Positions 1 through 8,417 of a stretch of 64,000 nt of DNA are shown here, piece by piece (positions within the stretch are counted from its first letter, which is position 1; every line of letters starts with the position of its first letter). The stretch is from a virus, in IMG/VR virus record IMGVR_UViG_3300049489_000993, positions 1 to 64,000 of that record. One strand, given 5' to 3'. The notes below the pieces were generated by a model. The model made no database searches, was not told where the DNA came from, and saw nothing but the letters and a program-made list of their open reading frames with translations. Made by a program: the position numbers and the translations under genes.

Positions 1-23
1 TGGGTAGCCAGTCGTCATCGTCG

Positions 24-557
24 TTACCTCGGTTGGTGCCATGCCGCTTGGGCGACCGGCCCCGGACGTGTGTTTGCGCTCGCGGCCCTCTCCTCGACAT
101 AAACGCGCGCGAGGGCGGTGAGCATCTGCGCCTTACGCCCGAAAGCGTCAAACAAAAACTGGGCACAGCTCCACGCGCGCTCGACCTCGAGAAGACTGCC
201 TTGCCACGTCGGATACTCCGGCTGCGTGCGCCACTCCTCCTCGATCGCAGCTTGCGTGGCCTTGCTCTCGGCGCGGCGACGCGTGCTCCACGTATCTCGC
301 GCGACACGGTAGTCGGCCTGGCGTTGGTCGTGGGCGTACTTGGCATCGGCGACCATGCCGCCCCAAAACGCGACCCACGCGGGGCATACCGCGATGTGCG
401 CGTCGAGCTGTGCGGGGTCGGTGACGAGGAGGGGGACCAACTCTTGCGCGCTCCAGGCGCGCCCGTTGATCGTGAACGGGCGCCACACGCTCATCGTCGT
501 GGAGAGCATGTGGGTTTGCGCTTGGATCTCACGCGAGGTGGCGTCACGGTCCATCAT
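24..557 (-). CDS. UvsY-like recombination mediator (putative)
   Basis: ATG at 557 overlaps the polymerase stop (ATGA). Helical protein with the pattern KATQAAIEE..PEY....E......FDAF.RKAQML, typical of phage UvsY-like proteins. Confidence 0.55.
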   Translation of the reverse strand: MMDRDATSREIQAQTHMLSTTMSVWRPFTINGRAWSAQELVPLLVTDPAQLDAHIAVCPAWVAFWGGMVADAKYAHDQRQADYRVARDTWSTRRRAESKATQAAIEEEWRTQPEYPTWQGSLLEVERAWSCAQFLFDAFGRKAQMLTALARVYVEERAASANTRPGPVAQAAWHQPR

Positions 558-2542
558 TTCTTTTTCTCCCAGACAGGTTTTTTGTCGGCCCACGTCGTCG
601 AGGTCCATTCGGCGTCGGCGAGGATGGGAATCGGGGCGAACTGCGGGAAGTCTTCCATGACAGCTTTCAGCTCGCGGATTGCTTGCTCAGCGCCCTCGGG
701 GGCGAGATCAAACTGATTCTCGTCATGGACGGTCAGCACGAACTCGCCGTCGAAACGCCCCGCAGCGCGCCCGGCGGCGAGCACCTCGCAGCACCGCACG
801 ATGGCGATCTTTGCGATGTCGGCGGCGGTGCCCTGAATCATCGACGCGACGGCCTGGCGTGCGGCGCGCGGGTTGAAACGCTTGGTGCCGTACGTGTCCA
901 GCAGGTAGGGGATGCGCCGGGTGCGGCCGAAGATGTTGGTGAAGGCGTGGGGCCGTTGCCGCGCCATCGCGAGGCACAGCTCATCGGTGAAGGCGTTGAC
1001 GCGTGGGTACTCGGCGTGGAACTGCGCGTGCAACCGCTGGGCCTGTTCGTCGGACACGTAGTCAATGCCTTCGGACGGTTTAGCAGTCTTGTTGAGGTTT
1101 TCCATTATCCCAGTATATGTCATGCCGTATGCAGTACCGAAGTTGAACACTTTTGAAATGCGGCGCCAACGCTTCTCAATACTATGAAATAACTTGTTGC
1201 TAGTCGAGGCGTGAATATCCTCCCCGTTGACGAATGCCTGCGTCATCGTTGGTTCCGACGCACAGTACGCGAGCACCCGCAGCTCGATCTGAGAAAAGTC
1301 GATCAAGCCGCGCACCTTGCCACGCGGCACCACGAAAGCGCGCCGGATGCCGGCGTCGTCGTCAGAAGGGATATTTTGTAGGTTTGGCGCGGCAGCACTC
1401 ATGCGACCAGTACGCGCGCCCGCTTGTCGGAACGAACAATGCAATACACTATTAGCATCGCATCGATCAATGATCGGCGCGGTGTACGTCGTCAAGAGCT
1501 TGTCGGCTTCGCGCCATTCGAGCACCTCAGCGAGCATCGGCGTAACGGGCGAGCCTTGGCGCATCATGAATCGCAGCGCCGTCTCGTCGACGGAGGGTTG
1601 GCCTTCGACGCCGGGTTTGTCCTTGTTGCGCGTACGGTAATGGATCTCGTGGCGGCAATGTTCGTACAGGTACGTGCGAAGATCGTCGTCGCTGGAGACG
1701 TTCAGCGGATGTTGCGCGAGGCGGTGGATCTTGCCGAGCGCGACGTCACAGCGGGCTTGTGCGGAAGCGCCGATGCGCTGCAAATGCGGGATGTCGATCG
1801 GGACGCCGACCCATTCCGCCTGCACCAAGCGCGGGAGCAACCGCATCTCAGTCTCGTAGAGCGCGGCCCAATGCGCGCGAACCTGGGGCAGGAGCGCGTA
1901 GTGCAGCGCGAGCGTGTTGTAGCAATCCTTGGCCCCGTACTGCCCAAGGATGGGAACCGGAATCCAAGCGTAGCCGGGCGCCTCGCTTTCCTTCACCTTG
2001 TAGCGCCGGCACTCCTGCTTCAAGACCTCTTTGACGAGGTGCTTCATCTCGTAGGCGTTGGGGTCAACCCCGTGGAACACGCATCGGTGTTCCAGCTCCT
2101 TTGGCTCGTTCTCGTCGACGAGCTGGCATTGGATGAACGTGTCGTCCAGGCGGGCGCGGCAGACGATGCCGTCGACACGGGCAAACAGCAGATCGAACTT
2201 TATGTTCTGCCCCACGATGTTCGCGCGCGGGTCGCCGAGGATGTCTTGCACCATCTCGGTCACGGGAGCGACGGGGAGCTGTCGATCGTTGGTTTGGTGC
2301 CGGATGGGGAAGTAGACGCCGCGCGTGACGCCGTCGCCCTCGTCGTAGCCAAAGCCGTGCGCGATGATGCGCGCCGCGTGGAAGTAGTTGAAGCCACTCG
2401 TCTCGGTGTCCCAAGAAACGTATGTGCGCAGCGCCAGCTCTTTGAGCTTGGATCTCCAGAAGGGGATCTGCCGCTCGTCGGCTACGACGGTGGTGCGCGG
2501 ATCGATGCGCGGCAGCATCGCGGAGGCGAACTCAGCGAACAT
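554..2542 (-). CDS. polA: DNA polymerase, family A (3'-5' exonuclease + polymerase)
   Basis: Exonuclease motifs WDTETSG, GQNIKFD, YGAKD; TGRMS..PNLQNIP; motif A DFSQIELRVLA; motif B RISKVFNFGTAYG (Phe at the Pol I 762-equivalent position); motif C TVHDE. Confidence 0.97.
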   Translation of the reverse strand: MFAEFASAMLPRIDPRTTVVADERQIPFWRSKLKELALRTYVSWDTETSGFNYFHAARIIAHGFGYDEGDGVTRGVYFPIRHQTNDRQLPVAPVTEMVQDILGDPRANIVGQNIKFDLLFARVDGIVCRARLDDTFIQCQLVDENEPKELEHRCVFHGVDPNAYEMKHLVKEVLKQECRRYKVKESEAPGYAWIPVPILGQYGAKDCYNTLALHYALLPQVRAHWAALYETEMRLLPRLVQAEWVGVPIDIPHLQRIGASAQARCDVALGKIHRLAQHPLNVSSDDDLRTYLYEHCRHEIHYRTRNKDKPGVEGQPSVDETALRFMMRQGSPVTPMLAEVLEWREADKLLTTYTAPIIDRCDANSVLHCSFRQAGARTGRMSAAAPNLQNIPSDDDAGIRRAFVVPRGKVRGLIDFSQIELRVLAYCASEPTMTQAFVNGEDIHASTSNKLFHSIEKRWRRISKVFNFGTAYGMTYTGIMENLNKTAKPSEGIDYVSDEQAQRLHAQFHAEYPRVNAFTDELCLAMARQRPHAFTNIFGRTRRIPYLLDTYGTKRFNPRAARQAVASMIQGTAADIAKIAIVRCCEVLAAGRAAGRFDGEFVLTVHDENQFDLAPEGAEQAIRELKAVMEDFPQFAPIPILADAEWTSTTWADKKPVWEKKK

Positions 2543-2807
2543 GGAGCCCCAACGCGTGCCGCGCCCAGGCCGCCTCGATATCGGAGACGGACAGCTCGCG
2601 TGCCTGCGGGCCGAGGGTGCGGCCGGTGTAATCGCGCACGAGGTGGAGCCAGGTGTTATGCGGCGCCGACCAGAACACGACCTCGAGCACGACGGCGAGC
2701 GGCGAGATGAAAAGCGGGCTTTTGAACGGGAGGGTTTCCTCGGCCGAGAGCGCGCGGGTGTATTGCGGGTCGGTGAGGTTGATCGATGCAGAGAGATTCG
2801 TGCTCAC
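2532..2807 (-). CDS. hypothetical protein (91 aa)
   Basis: GTG start coupled to the upstream stop (GTGA); fills the operon gap before the polymerase. Confidence 0.6.
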   Translation of the reverse strand: MSTNLSASINLTDPQYTRALSAEETLPFKSPLFISPLAVVLEVVFWSAPHNTWLHLVRDYTGRTLGPQARELSVSDIEAAWARHALGLHVR

Positions 2808-4537
2808 GATTTCTTGCGCTGCCTCCTCTTCTTTGAACGCTTGGGTTTGCGGCGGGGCTTTGCGGACTTGGCGAGGGTCGCGGCGGGGGATTGGATCTCG
2901 GGGCGCGGGCGGCGCTGGCGATCGATATGGACGTGTACCGAGAGCACGGCGAAGAACTTGGCGCCGGACCACGCGTTGTTGCCGGTGATCGAGCGCGCGA
3001 GCTGTCCAAGCGTCCCGTCCTCAATCATGCTTTCCTGCGGCGACCCAACCACCTGCCCGCGCTCGTCGATCTGGGCCGTCCACAGGACGCGCCAGACCCC
3101 ATCTCGGCGGTAGGTAGCGCCGGTCGCGCGGGTCATGTCGCCGCGGCCGTCTTTGAGCTTGACCACACGGTACCGGACGCCTCGCCAATCCCGCTCCAGC
3201 TCATGCCCGACGGGCAGCAAGGCCAGCTCGGCCGCCGACCCTTGCGGCTTGCGGTACCAGCGCGACCCATCGGCCTTGAGCGCGTAGGCTTTCTGGCCGG
3301 CCGGCAGCACCCCCCGGCGCTGGCTCAGGTAGACCCGCTCCGGTGCGATCGGCTGCGCGCGGAACAGGCGCTTGGAGCCCCCGGTGGGCGTCGACGGACC
3401 AGGGCGGCGCACCTTGGGCCGGCGTTTCGGACGGGGGGGCGCAGCCGGCTTGGCGTCCTCGACGGGGTCCTCGTCGGGGGCCGATGGGATCTCGTCCTCC
3501 TCATCGTCGCCGGGAATCGCGGGGGCTTCTTCGTCGTGGTCTTCGTCGGGGATCGAGGGAACTTCGGTGGGTGCATCCTCTTCGGTGTCGTCTTCCTCGA
3601 CGAGCGGCGGTGGGGGCGGCGGCGTCGTGGTCGACTTGATCAGCACCAAGGGTGGCGAGCGCGGAGCGGGAGCGTGGGCACGTTGGATCGTGGCGAGCTG
3701 GGCTTCGATCTCGGGGCGGGCACCGAGGGCGGCTTCGCAGTCGCCACAAAAGCCGCACTCTTTGGTGCAGGTGGGGTCGGTGAGGTCGAAGTGCCGCGGG
3801 GAGGCGAAGCAGGGCGGGAAGTCCTGCACGTCGCCGCGGTCGTCGGTCATGATCGCGGACACCTCGCGCACGAGGTAGGGGCGATCGAGGGCTTTGACGG
3901 GCGAGCGGTTGGCCAGGGCCACGCGCGCCAGCTCGGCGACGGGCAGCGTTTCGACGGGGCGGGAATCGGGCATTGCGGCATCTCCGTACAGGTGAACCAC
4001 GTCGGCGATTGTGGCGCCCGGCATCTCTCGCCGGGCACGGCGCACGGCGGCGAGTCGGGAGCCCTTCGTCGAGCGGCGGGGCGCCGTCGGTGTACCACGA
4101 GATCCAACGGCATGGATCTCATAAAGGTCCTGAAAAATGGTCTCGCCGATGACGCCCCGAAGGCGCTCGACGGCCGCCTGGCACGCCGCCTGGCGCTCGG
4201 CGGCGAGCACAGCATGCTCCGCGGTCGGCGCTGCGTCCGAGAGGGTGTCGAGGTCGGCGTCGAAAGAGCGAGCCAGCGCGGCACGCGGCTTGGCGTTGGC
4301 CTTGCGAATCAGCGAAATGAAGGCGCTCGAAATGGAGCGGCGCACGTAAGCGATCTCCTCCTCCGGGGGCAGCCCGAGCTGGCGCGCGGCGACGAGGGCT
4401 CGCCATGCGGACACGCGGCATTCGGCGCGCACGTCGTCGTGGTCGACGGCGAGGCGGTCTCGCATCCAGGTGGGGGCGTAGTAGCGGCGGACAAAGGGCT
4501 CGTAGCGCGCAAGATCGCGCTCGATGGCATGTGGCAT
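2804..4537 (-). CDS. sigma-70/ECF-like region 2 protein fused to a Cys-cluster, an acidic linker and a DUF2924-like domain
   Basis: GGGAG RBS before ATG 4537. N-terminus DHDDVRAECRVSAWRA...AYVRRSISSAFISLIRK; CF..........C..ECGFC..C cluster; C-terminal LPVGHELERDWRGVRYRV...LGQLARSITGNNAWSGAKFF matches the DUF2924 pattern. Confidence 0.65.
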   Translation of the reverse strand: MPHAIERDLARYEPFVRRYYAPTWMRDRLAVDHDDVRAECRVSAWRALVAARQLGLPPEEEIAYVRRSISSAFISLIRKANAKPRAALARSFDADLDTLSDAAPTAEHAVLAAERQAACQAAVERLRGVIGETIFQDLYEIHAVGSRGTPTAPRRSTKGSRLAAVRRARREMPGATIADVVHLYGDAAMPDSRPVETLPVAELARVALANRSPVKALDRPYLVREVSAIMTDDRGDVQDFPPCFASPRHFDLTDPTCTKECGFCGDCEAALGARPEIEAQLATIQRAHAPAPRSPPLVLIKSTTTPPPPPPLVEEDDTEEDAPTEVPSIPDEDHDEEAPAIPGDDEEDEIPSAPDEDPVEDAKPAAPPRPKRRPKVRRPGPSTPTGGSKRLFRAQPIAPERVYLSQRRGVLPAGQKAYALKADGSRWYRKPQGSAAELALLPVGHELERDWRGVRYRVVKLKDGRGDMTRATGATYRRDGVWRVLWTAQIDERGQVVGSPQESMIEDGTLGQLARSITGNNAWSGAKFFAVLSVHVHIDRQRRPRPEIQSPAATLAKSAKPRRKPKRSKKRRQRKKS

Positions 4538-4568
4538 TGGTTGTCTCCCGGCGTCAGGGGCAGCTAGG

Positions 4569-4742
4569 TCACGGAGGCAGGCGCTTGGCAATAGCCTTGT
4601 CGCGCGGCATCCAATCGTATGAACGGGGCAAGGTCAGCAGCGCCAGCGCGGCGCGCTCGCCGGCGGAATCCAAGCGCAGTCGGCGCAACCACGCTTGGAT
4701 GCGATGAATGGTGGCGCGGAGTCGGGGGTCAGGGCGCGGCAT
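4569..4742 (-). CDS. small hypothetical protein (57 aa, MPRPDPRLRATIHRIQAWL...)
   Basis: Translated by hand (below the ORF-track cutoff); fills the gap in the operon. Confidence 0.45.
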   Translation of the reverse strand: MPRPDPRLRATIHRIQAWLRRLRLDSAGERAALALLTLPRSYDWMPRDKAIAKRLPP

Positions 4743-4962
4743 TGGGAACCGCTTGTGGGGCGAAGAGTAAGTCGCCCTTCTTGGTCATGGCGCCTGTGCG
4801 GAGCATGAGCGCCTCGATCTGCTCGTACTGTTGGATCGTGCAGCCCTGCGCCATGAGCGCCGCGTAGACGGTGCCGGCGGGGCAGCCGAGGGGGGCCGCC
4901 GCGGCGACGGCCTCACGCACGGCGAGGACGACTTGCAGGAGCGCCCGCTCCTGCGCGCTCAC
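4729..4962 (-). CDS. small hypothetical protein, possible winged helix
   Basis: GTGA coupling; G.PAGTVYAALM..G...QYEQI...L...G pattern. Confidence 0.65.
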   Translation of the reverse strand: MSAQERALLQVVLAVREAVAAAAPLGCPAGTVYAALMAQGCTIQQYEQIEALMLRTGAMTKKGDLLFAPQAVPNAAP

Positions 4963-5165
4963 GAGCGCACCGCCTTCAACGCCAGCGCGGCGCGAAGGAC
5001 GATCAGATCCGTAACGCCGATGACGCGCTCCATGACGCTTGCCGAGCGCGCCATCGTCTCAGAGCGCGCGATCATGGCGGTGATGTGATGGGTGGTCGCC
5101 TTCTCCGCCAGATTCGCGGCGAGGGTGGCGGTAAGCTGTTCGCAGGCAGTCTCGGGTGCGGGCAT
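4959..5165 (-). CDS. hypothetical protein (68 aa)
   Basis: GGAGG RBS, directly downstream of the promoter at 5185-5213. Confidence 0.7.
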   Translation of the reverse strand: MPAPETACEQLTATLAANLAEKATTHHITAMIARSETMARSASVMERVIGVTDLIVLRAALALKAVRS

Positions 5166-5184
5166 TGCGGACCTCCGTGCGCTC

Positions 5185-5224
5185 AGCTTACAGCCTTGGA
5201 TCTTGGGTGTCAAGCGTGAGACTA
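5185..5224 (-). promoter_or_regulatory. sigma-70-type promoter with overlapping palindromic operator (copy 1)
   Basis: TTGACA-N17-TAAGCT; GTCTCA-CGCT-TGACAC overlaps the -35; 5194-5224 is identical to 14024-14054. Confidence 0.85.
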
Positions 5225-5245
5225 CAGCCCCACAGATCCGAGCAC

Positions 5246-6304
5246 TTACGGGATCAATGCGATCTTGGAAAGCGCCCCGATCGGCTGGGCCTGCGCGCGC
5301 CATGCGCGGTTCTCAGCGACGGTGTAGCTGCCAGGGTCCGCACCGTCGGGGTAGCGCACGACGCGCACAGTGAAATGGGGGGCAAGCTTCTCGGCGGCGA
5401 GCTGCGCAGGCGGCGTTTTGCCAGGGCGATCAGTGAGCCACGAATCCGGGTCATAGGCGAGGTCCACCTCACGAATGCCCGCCATGACAAGGAGCCGGAT
5501 TTGCTGCTCGGAGATCACCTTGCCGAAGGTCGCAACGGCGTCGGGGCCAGACTGTAGCCAATCGGTCGGCCCCTCGACGATGGCAATGCGTGCATGCGCG
5601 CGAGCGTACTCCAGCCCCAAAACGACGTCGCTGGCAGACGCAAAGCGCGCGGGATCTTGATTCGCCGGGTTCAGGTTCTTGCGGTACTTCCCGAAGCGCG
5701 CCTCGTCGTGCTCGCTCTTTTCCCACGTCGCACGCGTCTGGAAGTAGATCCACCCCCCCGCATAGTCTCGCACCGGAAACACAAGCCGATCTTGGTACAG
5801 CCCCCATGTGCAAATGCCGACGCCGAGTCGCATGAGGTTGTCGAGGTCAAAGCCGCGCTTGGCGGTGTACGGGTGATGCCCGCGCAAGTGCTCAAAATAG
5901 GGAGGCGGATCAATCGGGGCCGGCTGCCAGAACCGCGGTCGCTCGACGACGGCACGATCGGCATGCGGGTCCTCGGGGATGAGCGCCAGTGAGCGCCCTC
6001 CCGCCGACAAGCGCACCAGCTCGGCGGCCTGCGGGAAACCCCCCTCGTACTCTGCGATCAGCTCCAAGAGCGAGAAGCCCCGCGCGCACCGCAAGCAGCG
6101 CCATTTACGACGCTGCGGGTTGATCGAGAGCTTGTCTTCACCGCCGCACCACGGGCACGTTTGGAGGTACTCGTTGCGCTGTCGACCCTGCGGCTTGAAC
6201 CCGTGGCGCGTGAGCCACTTCTCGAGGGGGAACCTCTCGAGGAGCACCAAGAACGCGGCGTTCTCAGAAGCCCACGTCGACTTGTTCGTGAGGGGTGGGG
6301 TCAT
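5246..6304 (-). CDS. dnaG: DNA primase (Zn finger + TOPRIM)
   Basis: CPWC...WRCLRC zinc-binding domain; RLVFPV; IVEGPTD; LAYDPD; DPG. Confidence 0.92.
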   Translation of the reverse strand: MTPPLTNKSTWASENAAFLVLLERFPLEKWLTRHGFKPQGRQRNEYLQTCPWCGGEDKLSINPQRRKWRCLRCARGFSLLELIAEYEGGFPQAAELVRLSAGGRSLALIPEDPHADRAVVERPRFWQPAPIDPPPYFEHLRGHHPYTAKRGFDLDNLMRLGVGICTWGLYQDRLVFPVRDYAGGWIYFQTRATWEKSEHDEARFGKYRKNLNPANQDPARFASASDVVLGLEYARAHARIAIVEGPTDWLQSGPDAVATFGKVISEQQIRLLVMAGIREVDLAYDPDSWLTDRPGKTPPAQLAAEKLAPHFTVRVVRYPDGADPGSYTVAENRAWRAQAQPIGALSKIALIP

Positions 6305-7655
6305 AGGTCTCCGTGCGCAAGACGCCGGTGTACGCGCGCCCGTGCGCGTAGTCGGTGCGCACCTCGATCAACTTGCCGGCGGGCGCCGACCGATACAGCT
6401 CGGCGTACAAGCGCGCTTTCTCTTGCTGGGCCTCGGCGGTGGTGCGGTTGATCGAGCCGATGAAGTCCGCGCACCGCACCTTCTCGTAGCTGTCCGCAAT
6501 CTGGTTCGAGCGCACAACGTGGTTCTCGTTGTCGACGGCCCCCTTGAGCGGGCGCTGCGCCTGCGACGCCGTCCAGATTGCATAGCCGTTGTCGCGGTCG
6601 CACAGAGCCTTGATGTCGCGGAACGCTGCCGCTTGTTCCTGCGTCGGAGAGTCGTACCGCTGGCGCGCCTTCAAGAGGTCACCGTAGTCGATCACGATCA
6701 TCCGCGGGCGGAATCCCCGACGCTGGCGAAGGTCTGTCAGCTCGGCGTATACGTCGGTAATCGAGGCATTCCACGCCGCTGCGTCCTTGGTGTAGCCGCG
6801 GATGACAAGGAGGTCTTTCATCTCGCGGTACTCGTCGCGCAGCACCAGCATGCGCGTGTCGTCTAGGTGGCCGTGCTTCAACGCCTGCCGCGTCGACCAC
6901 GCAAACGCACTCTCGAATCGATCTTCGGCTTGCTCGCGCCCACCCTCGAGCACGACGTAGAGCACCGGGATACGCAGCGCACGCACGGCGTAATACGCGA
7001 GCCACGAAAGCATATGGCTTTTCCCGACTTTCGCATAGGCCATCCATATACCTAGCTCGCCGCGCGATAAGCCCCCGTCTAGTACAGTGTCAAGATCCGG
7101 CACCCCTGTCGAAAAGGTGTAGAGGTGAGCCTGCGCGGTTTCTTTCGCGCGCCGCTGTGTGCGCGCGTCAAGCTCCTCGAAAAAGAAAGAGCGGTCGACG
7201 CCGGAAAGCGTGGCGGCTTGGATCGCGGTGTTGCGCTCCTCCCAGAATCGACAAACGTCGTCGACGGGTGCGCCGCTGTTGTAGAGGGCGCGCAAGCGTT
7301 CGACGCCGTCGACGATGAGGTTGCGCTTGACGAACTCGGTCAGTCGAGACGCGATGTAGTCCGCTTCCACGACGGGCTGGGTGACGACGGCTTCCACCGT
7401 CGTGAGGTACTGCGCGGCAAGGCTGGCCTCGAGCGAGCGGCATTGCTCGACGAGCACGAGCGGCGTGGGCGGGCGGCCATAGGTCACGAGGTGTTGTTGG
7501 ATCTGGGCGAAAAGCCAGGCGAGCGCGGGCGTCTCGAAGTAGGTGGGTTGGAGCTGCGTGGCGATGAGCGCGGCGACGGCTTCGTTCTCGAGCGCGAGGC
7601 GCAGCATCGCGTGCTGGAAGGGTCGACCAAAGGGGGCAGCGGTCGACGATGTCAC
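6264..7655 (-). CDS. dnaB: DnaB-like replicative helicase
   Basis: STGVPDLD..LDGGL.RGEL; Walker A AYAKVGKS; VVLEG; IDYGDLL; TASQ; GTG start coupled to the upstream stop. Confidence 0.92.
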   Translation of the reverse strand: MTSSTAAPFGRPFQHAMLRLALENEAVAALIATQLQPTYFETPALAWLFAQIQQHLVTYGRPPTPLVLVEQCRSLEASLAAQYLTTVEAVVTQPVVEADYIASRLTEFVKRNLIVDGVERLRALYNSGAPVDDVCRFWEERNTAIQAATLSGVDRSFFFEELDARTQRRAKETAQAHLYTFSTGVPDLDTVLDGGLSRGELGIWMAYAKVGKSHMLSWLAYYAVRALRIPVLYVVLEGGREQAEDRFESAFAWSTRQALKHGHLDDTRMLVLRDEYREMKDLLVIRGYTKDAAAWNASITDVYAELTDLRQRRGFRPRMIVIDYGDLLKARQRYDSPTQEQAAAFRDIKALCDRDNGYAIWTASQAQRPLKGAVDNENHVVRSNQIADSYEKVRCADFIGSINRTTAEAQQEKARLYAELYRSAPAGKLIEVRTDYAHGRAYTGVLRTETYDPTPHEQVDVGF

Positions 7656-8236
7656 CGAGAGACCTCGCGCTGAAGTTGTCGCGCGCGGGCGCTGCATTCA
7701 ACGCGCACCGGGCACTGCGGACAGATTGCCGACTGCGCGTGATAGCCGAACGTGAGGTCGGCGGACAGCAGGCAAAGCGTGTGATTGCCGCGCTCGAACA
7801 GGGTCCGCTTCATCGTCTCGGCACCGGGGTGGAGGTCTACAAAGGGAAGAAACGCGCGAGCTTGCCTTGCGTCTTTCGCGAGTGCCGCAGAGCGCCCGGT
7901 CTCCGTATGCCCATCAGCGGACCAGGCGACGAATGCCTCGGCGCGCGCTTCGGAGAAAAGCGCGGCGAAGGGCGGCGCGTGTCGGCCGGCGAGCTGGGCA
8001 AAGAGATGGGCGAGCCACGCGACGGGATCGAAACGGCGACGGCGGCACCATACGTCGAGGGCGTAAAAGACGTGCAGCGTCGATTGTGACCACGCCTTAG
8101 CGGGATTGCGGCCTTGCGCGACCACTCGCTTCCCCCACCCCGTCGCGCGCAAACCCTCGTTGTAGACGCGCAGGAGGGTCAGGGCGCGGTCTTGCCAGCC
8201 CGGCGACCAAGACTCCGGGGGCGGAATGTCCGGCAT
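7652..8236 (-). CDS. hypothetical replication-module protein with C-terminal Cys cluster (CPQC....C)
   Basis: ORF coupled to dnaB. The start is uncertain and could extend upstream into a Lys/Arg-rich stretch at ~8330. Confidence 0.65.
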   Translation of the reverse strand: MPDIPPPESWSPGWQDRALTLLRVYNEGLRATGWGKRVVAQGRNPAKAWSQSTLHVFYALDVWCRRRRFDPVAWLAHLFAQLAGRHAPPFAALFSEARAEAFVAWSADGHTETGRSAALAKDARQARAFLPFVDLHPGAETMKRTLFERGNHTLCLLSADLTFGYHAQSAICPQCPVRVECSARARQLQREVSR

Positions 8237-8331
8237 TGGGACGGCTTCCAGCGTCCAGGGGGATGGGCGCTTCGCGCGCTTGCTGCGCGCCTTGGCTTTC
8301 CGCTTGGCTTTCTTCTTCTTCGCAGCCACAC

Positions 8332-8371
8332 AAAAAGAAACGGCGGGCGCCCGTGAAAGCATCCGCCGTCT
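8332..8371 (-). terminator. intrinsic terminator
   Basis: GACGGCGG...CCGCCGTT stem followed by TCTTTTT, downstream of the SF2 helicase. Confidence 0.6.
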
Positions 8372-8417
8372 CGCTCGGCCCCACGTTGACGCCGGGAGGC
8401 CGAGCCCGCCCACCGTA

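Noticed and set aside
554-2542. Intein or intron in the DNA polymerase, suggested by AT-rich patches
   Set aside because: The protein is colinear and of normal length with no Hint motifs; the patches are synonymous (reported as a finding).
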